Source: Alkalispirochaeta sp.
Lineage (GTDB): Bacteria > Spirochaetota > Spirochaetia > DSM-27196 > Alkalispirochaetaceae
Direction of reading: 5' to 3'
DNA: 64,000 nucleotides
NCBI GenBank assembly: GCA_965242725.1
Contig: CBDESZ010000025.1
Location: 288,001 to 352,000 of the forward strand
The position numbers and the translations under genes were made by a program. The notes under the pieces are model-generated. The model saw only the letters and a program-made list of their open reading frames with translations, was not told the origin of the DNA and searched no databases. Positions within the stretch are counted from its first letter, which is position 1, and each line of letters begins with the position of its first letter. This document shows positions 20,174 to 30,500 of the stretch, piece by piece.

Positions 20174-21364
20174 ATGTCACTCATACGCAACAAAACACAC
20201 TTTGAGCGGGCGGAATACGACCGTCGCCTGCGCAAGACGAAAGAACGAATGGACCACGCCGGCATTGAGGTGCTCCTCGTGGTAGATCCGGCAAACATGA
20301 ACTATCTCACCGGTTACGACGGGTGGAGTTTCTACGTGCATCAGGGGCTCCTCATTGCCCTCGACAGGGAAGAACCGATCTGGTTCGGGCGTCAGCAGGA
20401 TTCCAACGGTGCGCGAATCACGACATGGCTTTCCGAAGAGAGCATCGTCGGGTATCCCGATGAGTACGTACAGTCCCGCTATACCCACACGATGGTGTTT
20501 GTGTCACAGATGCTCAGGGAGCATATGTGGGACCGCCGCGTCCTCGGTGTGGAAATGGATAATTACTGGTTTTCCGCGCGAATGCTGTTGACCCTGCAGA
20601 GTGAAATTGCGGGTCTCCGCGTGCAGGATGCGACCAATCTCGTGAACTGGGTTAAAACGGTGAAGTCCGAGGCGGAAATTCGCTATATGCGCGACGCCGC
20701 GGCGATCTGTAAAAATGTAATGGATGTGGCGATAGAGAATATCGCCGTCGGTGTGAGGGAGAAGGACGTGGCGGGTCTTGTCGCGGGAGCTCAGATACAC
20801 GGCACCGAAGAGTTCGGCGGTGACTCTCCTGCGATTTTCCCGATCATGCCAAGCGGAGAGAACACCTCCACCGCCCATTTGACCTTTGATCCCGACCGGA
20901 GTTACGAGGCGGGGGATGTTGTCCTTCTTGAGCTGGCAGGCGCGAGGTATCGCTATCATGCACCTCTTTCCCGGACTGTGTATCTTGGCACGCCGCCGTC
21001 GGATTTGCAGAAGGTGGCCGATGTCGTGGTCAACGGACTGAATCGCACCCTGAACTTCATTAAACCCGGCGTCACCGCCGAGGAGGTGGAAGCGACGTGG
21101 CGGGATTGCCTGAAGGGTACGGGGGTGGAGAAGCCGTCTCGAGTCGGGTATTCCTTTGGGTTGAGTTACGTCCCCGACTGGGGAGAACATACGGTTAGTT
21201 TGCGTCCAGGCGACAAGAGCGTTCTCGAGCCGGGAATGACGATTCACTTCATGCCGGGGATCTGGCTTGACACCTACGGATTCGAATGCAGCGAACCGTT
21301 CCTCGTAACCGAGACGGGGTGCGAAAAGCTCATCGAGTATCCGCAAAAGCTGTTTGTGAAATAG
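20174..21364 (+). CDS. Ectoine hydrolase DoeA/EutD paralogue (M24 fold), copy 2
   Basis: DPANMNYLTGYDGWSFYVHQ, LVNWVKTVKSEAEI, AHLTF, ELAG, SRVGYSFGLSYVPDWGE; own promoter TTGCCA-17-CATAAT ending 6 nt before the ATG. Confidence 0.88.
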   Translation: MSLIRNKTHFERAEYDRRLRKTKERMDHAGIEVLLVVDPANMNYLTGYDGWSFYVHQGLLIALDREEPIWFGRQQDSNGARITTWLSEESIVGYPDEYVQSRYTHTMVFVSQMLREHMWDRRVLGVEMDNYWFSARMLLTLQSEIAGLRVQDATNLVNWVKTVKSEAEIRYMRDAAAICKNVMDVAIENIAVGVREKDVAGLVAGAQIHGTEEFGGDSPAIFPIMPSGENTSTAHLTFDPDRSYEAGDVVLLELAGARYRYHAPLSRTVYLGTPPSDLQKVADVVVNGLNRTLNFIKPGVTAEEVEATWRDCLKGTGVEKPSRVGYSFGLSYVPDWGEHTVSLRPGDKSVLEPGMTIHFMPGIWLDTYGFECSEPFLVTETGCEKLIEYPQKLFVK

Positions 21365-21446
21365 AAAGGCCCGCCGAGGGCCGCACAGCCCGGCCTCCGG
21401 GGTCACGCCCCGCGAGGGGACGGGGCAGTGCGGGTACTCCCATGGC

Positions 21447-22190
21447 CTACATGAAGCCGTCGTATCGTCTCGGTACGACGGACTGGAATACGTAGCGAAT
21501 CATGGTGTTGTAATCAAAGACGGGCAGGCCCGTGTGGCGTCGCACCGCCGCGGCATACGGCGGCAGGAGGGAGCACTCAAGGAGAATCGCCCCGAGTTTT
21601 CTTCCTCCTTCGTCGGCAGCCTTCCGGATCTCGTCCACCGTCTGAATCACTTCCTGTTCCACCACATCGCTGTCGAGAACGCCGTTCTCTTCAAAGACGG
21701 CGTCCACGAAATGGGGCTTGTCCTCGAGGCCGCCCGCGACAAGACGGTCGTCGGGAACGGCGGTTACCACGTTCAGAATATCCCGGGTCAGAGATCCCTT
21801 GTTCGCTGTGACGATGCCGACATCCCTGTCGGGACCCGCGAGGCGCGCCATGAAATCGAGCTGAAGAAGGCTCGAGAGGAATACGGGGACGCCAAGCTCG
21901 CGGGCAATTTCGTCCTGAAAATAGGCGAGAAACCCGCAGTCACCGGTGATTGCCCGTACGCCCTCGGCGACCAGGCGCCGTCCCGCGGCGACGATATCGT
22001 CGCGGAGTGAGCCGTCGTGGCTGAAGAGCCGGCTCGTGGTGGATCCCGGAAGGCGTTCAAAACGGACGGGAAAATCATAGCTCGTCGCGTTGGCCGTGTC
22101 CCCGGGAATATAGGGGACAAAATTTTCGATTACCAGAATTCCGATGGCTTCACCGTAGCTCACCTGACCTGGATGGGTGTGATATTTCAT
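21447..22190 (-). CDS. Asp/Glu/hydantoin racemase family protein
   Basis: Two catalytic-type Cys motifs AITGDCGFL and ILLECSLLPPY; start MKYHTHPG at 22190. Confidence 0.8.
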   Translation of the reverse strand: MKYHTHPGQVSYGEAIGILVIENFVPYIPGDTANATSYDFPVRFERLPGSTTSRLFSHDGSLRDDIVAAGRRLVAEGVRAITGDCGFLAYFQDEIARELGVPVFLSSLLQLDFMARLAGPDRDVGIVTANKGSLTRDILNVVTAVPDDRLVAGGLEDKPHFVDAVFEENGVLDSDVVEQEVIQTVDEIRKAADEGGRKLGAILLECSLLPPYAAAVRRHTGLPVFDYNTMIRYVFQSVVPRRYDGFM

Positions 22191-23182
22191 TGGATCTTCT
22201 CTCCCTGAAGTTGGATGCCGCGGTTCCCGTCGATGCGATTTCGACGACCGCCGTTCATATAGCTTCGCAAATTTTCGGCCGCTTCGGCTACGCATCGTGT
22301 ACGGGATTCCACGGTCGCCCATCCTATGTGGGGGGTTATGATGCAGTTTGGCGCCGATAGGAGCGGATGGTCTCCCTCAGGCGGTTCCTCGTACCCGACA
22401 ACGTCGACGGCGGCGCCGGCGAGGCTCCCGTTGTGAAGCGCTTCCGCGACGGCGGACTCATCGGTGAGCCCGCCCCTGGAGGTGTTGATCAGGAGGGCCG
22501 ACTCCTTCATTTGCGTCAATGCCCGTCGATCAATCAGTTCCGTCGTCTCTTCCGAAAGGGGGGTGTGTAACGTGACCACATCCGCCGCAGCGAGCAGATC
22601 GGACCACGAGAGCCACCGGACCTCGACACCGGGTATCGTCTTTCGCCGCGCCTCCCAGCCGAGGACCTTCATACCCAGGGCACCTGCGAGCTTCGCAACG
22701 GCCACGCCGATCGCGCCGAATCCCAGTATGGCGATAGATTTTCCCCGGAGTTCGAGAGCGGGGAAATCGGTATACGAGACCGGTTCGCCCCGACGCCATT
22801 TTCCCCGGTGAACGAGGGAGTTGTAGTCGCACACGCGGTGTGCCAGGTTGAGAATGAGTGCAAGTGTCAGTTCCGCAACGGAGTCGGTTGAATAGTCCGG
22901 GACATTTGTCACGGCAACTCCGGCGGACATCGCGGCGTCCACGTCAATTCGATCGTACCCTGTGGAAAAGAGCCCGATATACTTGAGCCGCGGCAGACGG
23001 GCGATACGTTCAGCGTGAAGAGCGACGTGATCCACGAGGATTGCGTCGGCGTCGGCGGCCAGTGAATCCAGAATGTCCTGGGAGAAATGGGGAGCCGCGG
23101 TGAAACTGCCCAGTTCATGAAAGGGCGACCACGAAATATCTCCGGGATTCACCCCGAATGCATCGATTGCAACGATCTTCAT
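22187..23182 (-). CDS. D-2-hydroxyacid dehydrogenase (glycerate dehydrogenase/hydroxypyruvate reductase-like)
   Basis: NPGDISW, TGYD, NVPDYST, ILGFGAIG, INTSRGG, EEPP, ITPHIGW; start MKIVAID at 23182. Confidence 0.9.
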   Translation of the reverse strand: MKIVAIDAFGVNPGDISWSPFHELGSFTAAPHFSQDILDSLAADADAILVDHVALHAERIARLPRLKYIGLFSTGYDRIDVDAAMSAGVAVTNVPDYSTDSVAELTLALILNLAHRVCDYNSLVHRGKWRRGEPVSYTDFPALELRGKSIAILGFGAIGVAVAKLAGALGMKVLGWEARRKTIPGVEVRWLSWSDLLAAADVVTLHTPLSEETTELIDRRALTQMKESALLINTSRGGLTDESAVAEALHNGSLAGAAVDVVGYEEPPEGDHPLLSAPNCIITPHIGWATVESRTRCVAEAAENLRSYMNGGRRNRIDGNRGIQLQGEKIQ

Positions 23183-24831
23183 TCTGCTCCCGGACACTGA
23201 GACGCGACGGAATCGGGAACCTTTCCGGCAAACTCCCCCTCGAAATGGGCGTGAAACTCCCGGGCGAGGCGTTGTGCGTGTTCCTCGTATGCTTCGGTAT
23301 CCTTCCACGCCATGCGGGGATTCAGCACCTCCCGGGGAACCTCCCGACATGTCACCGGTATGGAGAGGTTGAAAAACGGTTCCTTTTCAAATTCTCCGCC
23401 GTCCAGCTCCCCCGCGAGTGCCGCTTTTACCATGGAACGGGTCATGGCGATGTCTATCCGCCTGCCCGTTCCGTAGGCACCGCCGCTCCATCCGGTGTTG
23501 ACGAGGAACACCCTGGTCTGATGGCGATCGAGTTTTTCGCCGAGGAGATCGGTGTAGTCCTTGGGGTTACGGGGCATAAAGGGTGCGCCAAAGAATCGGG
23601 AGAAGACGGATTGGGGTTCCACAACACCCGTCTCCGTACCGGCCAGCTTGGAGGTATATCCCATCATGAACCAGAACATCGCCTGCTCGTTGGTCAGGCG
23701 CGCAATGGGCGGAAGTACACCGTAGGCGTCGGCGGTAAGGAAGACGATTGTCCGGGGATGCCCGCCCATGGACGACTCCTTGATGTTGGAAAGGTATGTG
23801 AGCGGGTAGGATGCCCGGGAGTTCTGGGTGAAGCGGTCATCATCGAAATCGAAGGCACCGGTGGGATAGACCATGAGATTTTCGACGAGCGCGCCGTGAA
23901 AGAGGTAGTGATCCGGGTGAAACACTGCGTGATACACCTCAGGCTCCTTGCGCGGATTCAGCTGGTAGAGTTTTGCGTAACAGCCGTTTTCAAAATTGGC
24001 TATTCCCGTGTCGCTCCATCCGTGTTCATCGTCACCCAAAAGCGCCCGGTCGGGAGCCGTAGAAAGGGTGGTCTTCCCCGTCCCCGAGAGTCCGAGAAAG
24101 ACGGCGATATCACCGCTTTTTCCTTCATTCGCACTGCAGTGAAGGGGCAGCACCTCCTGCTCCGGCAGGTAGTAGTTCATTACGGTAAACATGAGTTTCT
24201 TGATTGCACCCATGTAGGACGAGCCGAAGACGATGCCGATGCGGCGGTCAAAGTCCATGACTACTGCCATCGTTGAGGTTGAGCCGTCGGCGAGTTTTCT
24301 CAGCCGCCCCTCGTATCGCTCAGGGTGAAGTTTGTCGTACTGATTCACCAGAAGGTAAAACGGATAGTCCTCAAAACAGCTCGATTCGATTCCTGTAGGT
24401 TCCGGACGAAACATATTGTCTATGAACAGACCCGCCAGTGGGTTGTCTACAATTGAACACACCGGGAGTGCGTATGAAGGATCCGCTCCGATCGCCTTTT
24501 CCTGGACATAGACCTTCGGCTTCAACTCCAGCGCCTGCATCGCATCCTCAAATATCATGTCGAAGGTTTCTTCGTCGATGGCGATCGAGTAGGGTGAGTT
24601 CCAGTCAATCGTATTTTCACTCTCCGGGCGCCTGACGATCATCGTGTCTTTCGGACTTCTTCCCGTGGAATCCCTGGGCGTCCACGTGACGAGAGTGCCG
24701 CTTTCAAGACGTATCGCGTTCCAGTGGCTCACGGCATTATCAATCAGGACGCGCCGTGTCGGATTCCGAAAGACCTTTCCCGTCCGGTCGGCGAGGGTCC
24801 TGTCTATCCTCTGATGGTGAGTCTCGTGCAT
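23179..24831 (-). CDS. pckA: Phosphoenolpyruvate carboxykinase (ATP)
   Basis: TGRSPKD, LHCSAN, GLSGTGKTTLS, LGDDEHGW, ENGCYAK, FLTADAYGVLPP, LVNTGW; ATG 24831 behind GGAGG. Confidence 0.95.
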   Translation of the reverse strand: MHETHHQRIDRTLADRTGKVFRNPTRRVLIDNAVSHWNAIRLESGTLVTWTPRDSTGRSPKDTMIVRRPESENTIDWNSPYSIAIDEETFDMIFEDAMQALELKPKVYVQEKAIGADPSYALPVCSIVDNPLAGLFIDNMFRPEPTGIESSCFEDYPFYLLVNQYDKLHPERYEGRLRKLADGSTSTMAVVMDFDRRIGIVFGSSYMGAIKKLMFTVMNYYLPEQEVLPLHCSANEGKSGDIAVFLGLSGTGKTTLSTAPDRALLGDDEHGWSDTGIANFENGCYAKLYQLNPRKEPEVYHAVFHPDHYLFHGALVENLMVYPTGAFDFDDDRFTQNSRASYPLTYLSNIKESSMGGHPRTIVFLTADAYGVLPPIARLTNEQAMFWFMMGYTSKLAGTETGVVEPQSVFSRFFGAPFMPRNPKDYTDLLGEKLDRHQTRVFLVNTGWSGGAYGTGRRIDIAMTRSMVKAALAGELDGGEFEKEPFFNLSIPVTCREVPREVLNPRMAWKDTEAYEEHAQRLAREFHAHFEGEFAGKVPDSVASQCPGAE

Positions 24832-24846
24832 ACAACCTCCCTTTGT

Positions 24847-24918
24847 TGTATCATTATATGAACGACTGTTACAATTGTGAGACAATATCAGTGTAAGTTG
24901 GGTCGATGCCGCTGTCAA
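24847..24918 (-). promoter_or_regulatory. pckA operon promoter plus tandem operator
   Basis: TTGACA(24918-24913)-17 nt-TACACT(24895-24890), then TGTCTCACAATTGTAACA-gt-CGTTCATATAATGATACA (24884-24847). Confidence 0.72.
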
Positions 24919-24972
24919 GGAGAATCGTCCCTGTCGGCCGGACCTGTTCGGAGACGTTGAAGGAACGCTATC

Positions 24973-26169
24973 ATGGAGACTATGAGTACATTTCCAATTC
25001 CCCAACCGATACGTACCGACGGTACCAACCGCTTTGCAGCGGATACCATGGAACGGCGTTTGCCGAGAAACATACGGAACATCATGGAACACAATGCCCG
25101 TTTTCCCCCGTCGGTCTGCACCGCTCTGGAACGACTGGCCGGGGAGATCTCAGGTGATGCCACGCTTCCTCCTCCTCCGCTGCCCGGCTGGGACTACGAC
25201 AGGTGGGAACGGGAGTATGCCCTCAGGGAAGGTCAACGGTGGCACGATACGGACTGGTTTTTCGGCGAGACCTACGCCTTCAGACTGATTCTCGACAGGG
25301 TGCGGTACTTTGAGACCCTTGAGGATCCCTATGCGCCGTTGAAAATACGGGAGCTCGACTCGGGGGCCCCGTTCCTTCCAATACGATGTTACGTCGAGTC
25401 CCGGGAAATGCCGCACATTGAGAAAGAGACGCTGATCGAGGAGGCGATACATCTCTCACTGTGGGGAAACAGGGCGGACATATCCTTTACCGCCGGCGGT
25501 GCACTGGACCATTCCAAAGGCGACAGCGCGCTGCTGATACAGGATGATACCGACCGGATCATACGGTCCCTCTCGACGACGGACGGGACGATCCACATCG
25601 TCATGGACAATTCCGGTGCGGAACTGGCGGGAGACCTCGTACTGGCGGGAGCCCTTGTCGATCTGCTCGGCCGGAAGGTTGTTCTCCATCCCAAACTGTA
25701 TCCGACCTATGTGAGCGATACGACGCCGGCGGATATCCGCCTCTTTCTCTCCCGTGCAGAAGGGTCTGACCATATATCCGTCGCCGAATGGGCGCGACAC
25801 CTCGAAAACGTGCTCGATGAGGGGCATATAACGGTGGCCCCCGACGATTACTGGTGCGGTGTCCGTTTTGTATGCGATATGCCGGCGAGAATTGCCCGAC
25901 TCTTTTCATCGGACGGAATGGTATTTATTAAGGGGGATTTCAACTATCGCCGCGTGTTTCGCGACACCTTGTGGCCTGCAGAGATCGACCCCGTTGCGGC
26001 GATCGGCATGACTCCCCTCGCTCCTCTCGCGCTGCTGCGTACGATGAAGAGCGACTGTCTCGTCGGAGTGGATGATCAGACGCGGCGCAATCTCGATGTG
26101 TCGGAAGGTGAATGGCGAACGGCGGGGAAAAGGGGAGTTCTCCAGTTTGTCCCGATCGGCGACAGATGA
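24973..26169 (+). CDS. Damage-control phosphatase, ARMT1/DUF89 family
   Basis: WFFGETY, DPY, SLWGNRADIS, DNSGAELAGD, YVSD, KGDFNYRR, LRTMKSD. Confidence 0.85.
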   Translation: METMSTFPIPQPIRTDGTNRFAADTMERRLPRNIRNIMEHNARFPPSVCTALERLAGEISGDATLPPPPLPGWDYDRWEREYALREGQRWHDTDWFFGETYAFRLILDRVRYFETLEDPYAPLKIRELDSGAPFLPIRCYVESREMPHIEKETLIEEAIHLSLWGNRADISFTAGGALDHSKGDSALLIQDDTDRIIRSLSTTDGTIHIVMDNSGAELAGDLVLAGALVDLLGRKVVLHPKLYPTYVSDTTPADIRLFLSRAEGSDHISVAEWARHLENVLDEGHITVAPDDYWCGVRFVCDMPARIARLFSSDGMVFIKGDFNYRRVFRDTLWPAEIDPVAAIGMTPLAPLALLRTMKSDCLVGVDDQTRRNLDVSEGEWRTAGKRGVLQFVPIGDR

Positions 26170-26200
26170 CGGCCGGATAGTGACCGAATATGTTCGTGAA

Positions 26201-27592
26201 TTATTCTTCCGGCTCGCCGTTCATGCCGTCGTCACCGTGGGGGAAGAGAAGGAGGTACTCCCCCAGGCCGGAATAGAGCGTTGCCGCCGCGCGAAATGTA
26301 TTGATCTCCGATTGGACGAGGTTCAGCCGGACTTCCGCAACCTCGACTTCCGTTAGACCTCCCCGTGCGATGAGGAGTTCCGCTTCCTGCAGATCCAGCC
26401 GATTGCGGCGCTCCTGTAGTACCGCCGCGGCGTATGCCTCTTCATAGATTTCGATGGTCTGTCGACGCAAGGTGGCTTCCAGTTCTGCGCCGTAGCGTTC
26501 ATGTGCAATTTCCAGGCGCTTTTCCTCCATATCCGCCTCTATCGAGCGGAGATCGTCGGTCCGCACCTGCCGCGGTGAAATAGTCAACCGGACCGAACCG
26601 AACGGCGAAGGACGGGTATCCGGTGACCGATCGGGAAACGTCACTCCGCCGGTTATGTCGAGGGTCGGTCGCCAGCGGGGAATTGACGCGGCTTCCTCCG
26701 CCATCGCGACGAGCTCTATTTCCAGCTCCTCGAGGGAACGGGTGACAGGAGTTGTACCCCGGAGTTCCGCGGCCTCTTCCCGGCGGGAATTGATGCGCTC
26801 CTCCAACTCCTCCAGTGTGAGGGGATGCACATCGTACAGGCCACTCCCCGGTCCAAAGAGCCGCTGCAGATCGTTCCACGCTTCGAGGTACTGACGCCGT
26901 GCCCTGAAGAGGTCGCCCCGCGCCTCGACCAGTTCGGTCAACCGTTCCTGCACATCCTGAAAGGACGATACCCCCACATCTCGCTGCTGCTGGGCGATGC
27001 GATATTTCTCTTCTTCCAGGGTGAGATCGTCGGCGGCACGATCCTCTTCCATTTTTCCGATCATGACGTCCAGGGCAATCCGCTCCGTATTGTGTCGGAC
27101 ATCACGGTCGATATGACGCCGACGAATGAGGGCGCGACGGTATGCCTCCTCCTCCGTATAGGTGGTCCGTCCGGAAGCGAGGGGGCGGAGGGTTATCGTA
27201 ACGTCTTCCTGCCGTTGCCCCTGATGGTCAACCGTCGCCGCCGCCCCAACAGACAGCTGCGGAAGAATGGGAACGTCGATCTCGGCTTCCGCATTCCATT
27301 GGTCCTCACCCGTCGGCGACCGGCGGACCGAACCGGTCGTCGCGAGGGTCGATTCATCGATCAGCGGATCTCCCTGCAGCGTCCGCTGTGCCCGACGGAC
27401 TTCAAGCACCGCCCGACGAATATCCAGGTTTTCCCGCGCCGCGCGGTCGACAATACCGTCTAAGTGCAGTGTTTCAACCTCCGTCCCGCCTGCGGAAGTG
27501 TCCGTCGGAATGTTCTGTCCGCTGACGGGCGGGGCGGCGACGGTCAGGGCGCTGAGGATGATTACGGCTGCGCTGCGCAGGAAGGATGTCAT
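26201..27592 (-). CDS. TolC-like outer membrane efflux protein
   Basis: Signal peptide, coiled-coil repeats, last gene of an MFP-RND operon. Confidence 0.7.
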   Translation of the reverse strand: MTSFLRSAAVIILSALTVAAPPVSGQNIPTDTSAGGTEVETLHLDGIVDRAARENLDIRRAVLEVRRAQRTLQGDPLIDESTLATTGSVRRSPTGEDQWNAEAEIDVPILPQLSVGAAATVDHQGQRQEDVTITLRPLASGRTTYTEEEAYRRALIRRRHIDRDVRHNTERIALDVMIGKMEEDRAADDLTLEEEKYRIAQQQRDVGVSSFQDVQERLTELVEARGDLFRARRQYLEAWNDLQRLFGPGSGLYDVHPLTLEELEERINSRREEAAELRGTTPVTRSLEELEIELVAMAEEAASIPRWRPTLDITGGVTFPDRSPDTRPSPFGSVRLTISPRQVRTDDLRSIEADMEEKRLEIAHERYGAELEATLRRQTIEIYEEAYAAAVLQERRNRLDLQEAELLIARGGLTEVEVAEVRLNLVQSEINTFRAAATLYSGLGEYLLLFPHGDDGMNGEPEE

Positions 27593-30500
27593 GCGGGTTC
27601 TCCAAAATCCATGAAACTGAGAATCGCGGGTACCATGAACAGCGTAAAGAGCGTGGAAACCACCAGTCCCCCGGAAACGGCGATCCCCAGGGGCTGGACG
27701 ATATTGGCCCCTTCACCCATTCCGATCGCGATGGGGAGCATACCGAATACGGTGGTCAGCATCGTCATCATGATCGGTATGAATCGCAGTCCCGCCGTCT
27801 CCACAAGTGCCTCCGTCCTGTCACGATGGAATCTGCGGATACGAAGGTAAAAGTCGATCATGATGATTGCGTTATTCACAACGATTCCGCCGAGGAGAAT
27901 CGTTCCCAGCATGGAGTTGAGGCTCAACGTCGATTTGAATACGAAGAGACTGAGCACGACACCTATGAACCCCAGGGGAACCGTTACGAGAATCACCAGC
28001 GGAAGGCGCAGCGAGTCGAACTGAAATGCAAGGAGAAGATATATCAGGAGTACCGACACCGCCAGAGCGATGAAGAGGGAGCGTATCGCCTCGTCCATTT
28101 CTGCCTGGGGATTGTCAAAGGTGATTGAAAAGCCCGGCGGAAGGTCGAGGCGTTCCTCCAGGATGTCACGAATCTCATTTTCCGCACCGGCGCGCTCCGC
28201 CGCTGGTGTCCCGGGGCGCATGCGTGCATAGAGGCGGAAGACCCGTTCGCCGTCTTCCGATGCGATGCCGGCGACACCGGTAGACCGGGAAAAATCGAAA
28301 AAGTGCTTCAATGGAACGGCACCCCTCCGATAGGGTATGAGAAAGTTCTCCAGTGCCGACAGACCGTCTATGTATTCCTCCGGATACGTTCCCCTGACTT
28401 CAATTGTTTTTCCGTCATGATCGAGTTCGATCGACGATGTTCCGCTGAGAGCCGTCCTGACTATATTCAGGAGACCCGTTTCCGAAAATTCGGAAAAACC
28501 TTCAAATACCTCCGTTCGGGGGGTAAAGGTCACTTCATCGGAAAAACTCGTTGAAGGATCGGTAAAGGCCCAGCCGTATAACTCGCTTTCATTTACCAGA
28601 TCCCGGATTCGCTCAAGCAGCGTCACCGCTGCCGCGGGATCGTCTCCATGGACGCTGATCTGGAGATCCATCGTACGAGGCAGCGGCAATTGGGCGGGAT
28701 CCCACATCATGACGTTATAATACCACTCGTTATCGGAGACAAATTCCTCCTGCAGGCGACCGACGACCTCTTCCGCGACGGCGGAACTCGACAAATTCAG
28801 AAAATAGCGGTTAAAACGGCCCATCACATCGGCGTAGGTTTCGACGATGTGTTCCCCTGCAAGGACGTCAATCCGTTCACCAAGTTCAGGAACGACTGAT
28901 CGGGCTATCTCGTCGCGGTCGGTTATCGAAGAACTGCCGAAAAAGATTACCACCCTGTCACTCAGGGGCGGGGAAATGATTTCCCGCGGGATGAGAGGAA
29001 GTACGCGAAGTACCGAAAAAGCGAGAATTCCAAACGAGCAGACCATGAACAGGAGAGATGCCCACCGTCTCCTGATCAGGGCGCGCAGCAGGAAGCGGTA
29101 CCCCTCCCGTGCCGCGTTCATGACGGGTATGGAAAGACGCTGTAATCCGCCGTGCCCGTCGGGAGCGGCTGCCGGCGTTCCCCGCGGGCGGAAGACGTGA
29201 AAAGCCATCACGGGGACGAGGGTCAGGGCGACGATGAGAGACATGGACAGGGCAAATACGACCGTTCGTGCCTGATCGCCGAGAATGGCGTTGGTAAGCG
29301 GCGCGGTAAAAGAAATCGGCAGAAAGACGAGAATTGAGGTCAACGTCGACGCAACGACGGGTACCCGGACCTCCGATACGGCGCGGACGACGATGTCCCG
29401 CAGGTGCGCAGCATCCCGGAGGGGACGCTCATTCATGCGAAAACGGTGGATATTCTCAATGACGACGATTGCGGAATCGATGACCATGCCCACCGCGAGG
29501 GCGATACCTCCGAGCGAAATGAGATTGAGGGTGACGTCAAAAAAGTACATCAGAATGAAACTGAATATGAGGGCCGCCGGGAGACTCATTCCGATGAGCG
29601 CCGTATTGTGTATTTCTCCGAGACCGAAGAGGACGACGACCATGGCGAGAATCGCGCCAAGTATCGCCGCCCGGACGACGTTTCGCACCGACCGGTCGAT
29701 ATATTCCGCCGGATCGAGGTAACGCTGGAATACCGTATCCTCCGGAAGGAGTCCCTCCGACCTGGCGGCGGCGAGAACACCGCTGATGTCCCGGGACATT
29801 TGACGAACGTTTCCTCCGTCGATCGGCGTTGCCGTTATCTGTATTCCTCTGGCTCCTTCCATGAGAAAGACGCGTCGCGGCAATTCATAGGCAATTGAAA
29901 TATCCGCGACGTCCCTGAGCCGGACCTCGACACTTCCCGTCCGGGAGACGACGATTTCACCCACGTCAAATACGGATTCGACACCACGCCGGAACCGCAG
30001 CGTATAGGACGTTTCTCCCTCCGACAACGAGCCGACGGAGGATGAGCGGACGGCGGACTGCATCGCAGCTTCCACATCCAGGATGGTGAGACCGTGGTTC
30101 AGCATCGCCTGGGGACGCAGTGTTACCGCCACCTCCAGCTGATCGACCGGATAGATTTCCACGCTGTCGGCGTCGTCCACCGCGTTCAGCCGGGGGCGAA
30201 CCGACGAATCCAGGATGCGGAAAAGTTCTTCCGGGCTGATCGACGGTGCGGTGATACCGATGATCAGATAACCGGCGTTTTCGCCGGAAAAAAAACCGAC
30301 CCGATAGTCGTCGCGTAACGACGCGGGCAGCGTTGAGGCGATGCCGTTCATCGTCGATTCGACGGTGGAACGCGCCTCCTCGGGATCGATGGACCAGTCA
30401 AATGTGGTTGTGAAATTGCTCCGGTCGTTTTCGTAGGAGACCTCCAGCAGATCGGCCCCCTCCATATTGAGCAGTTGTGATTCGATTTCTTCCGCATACT

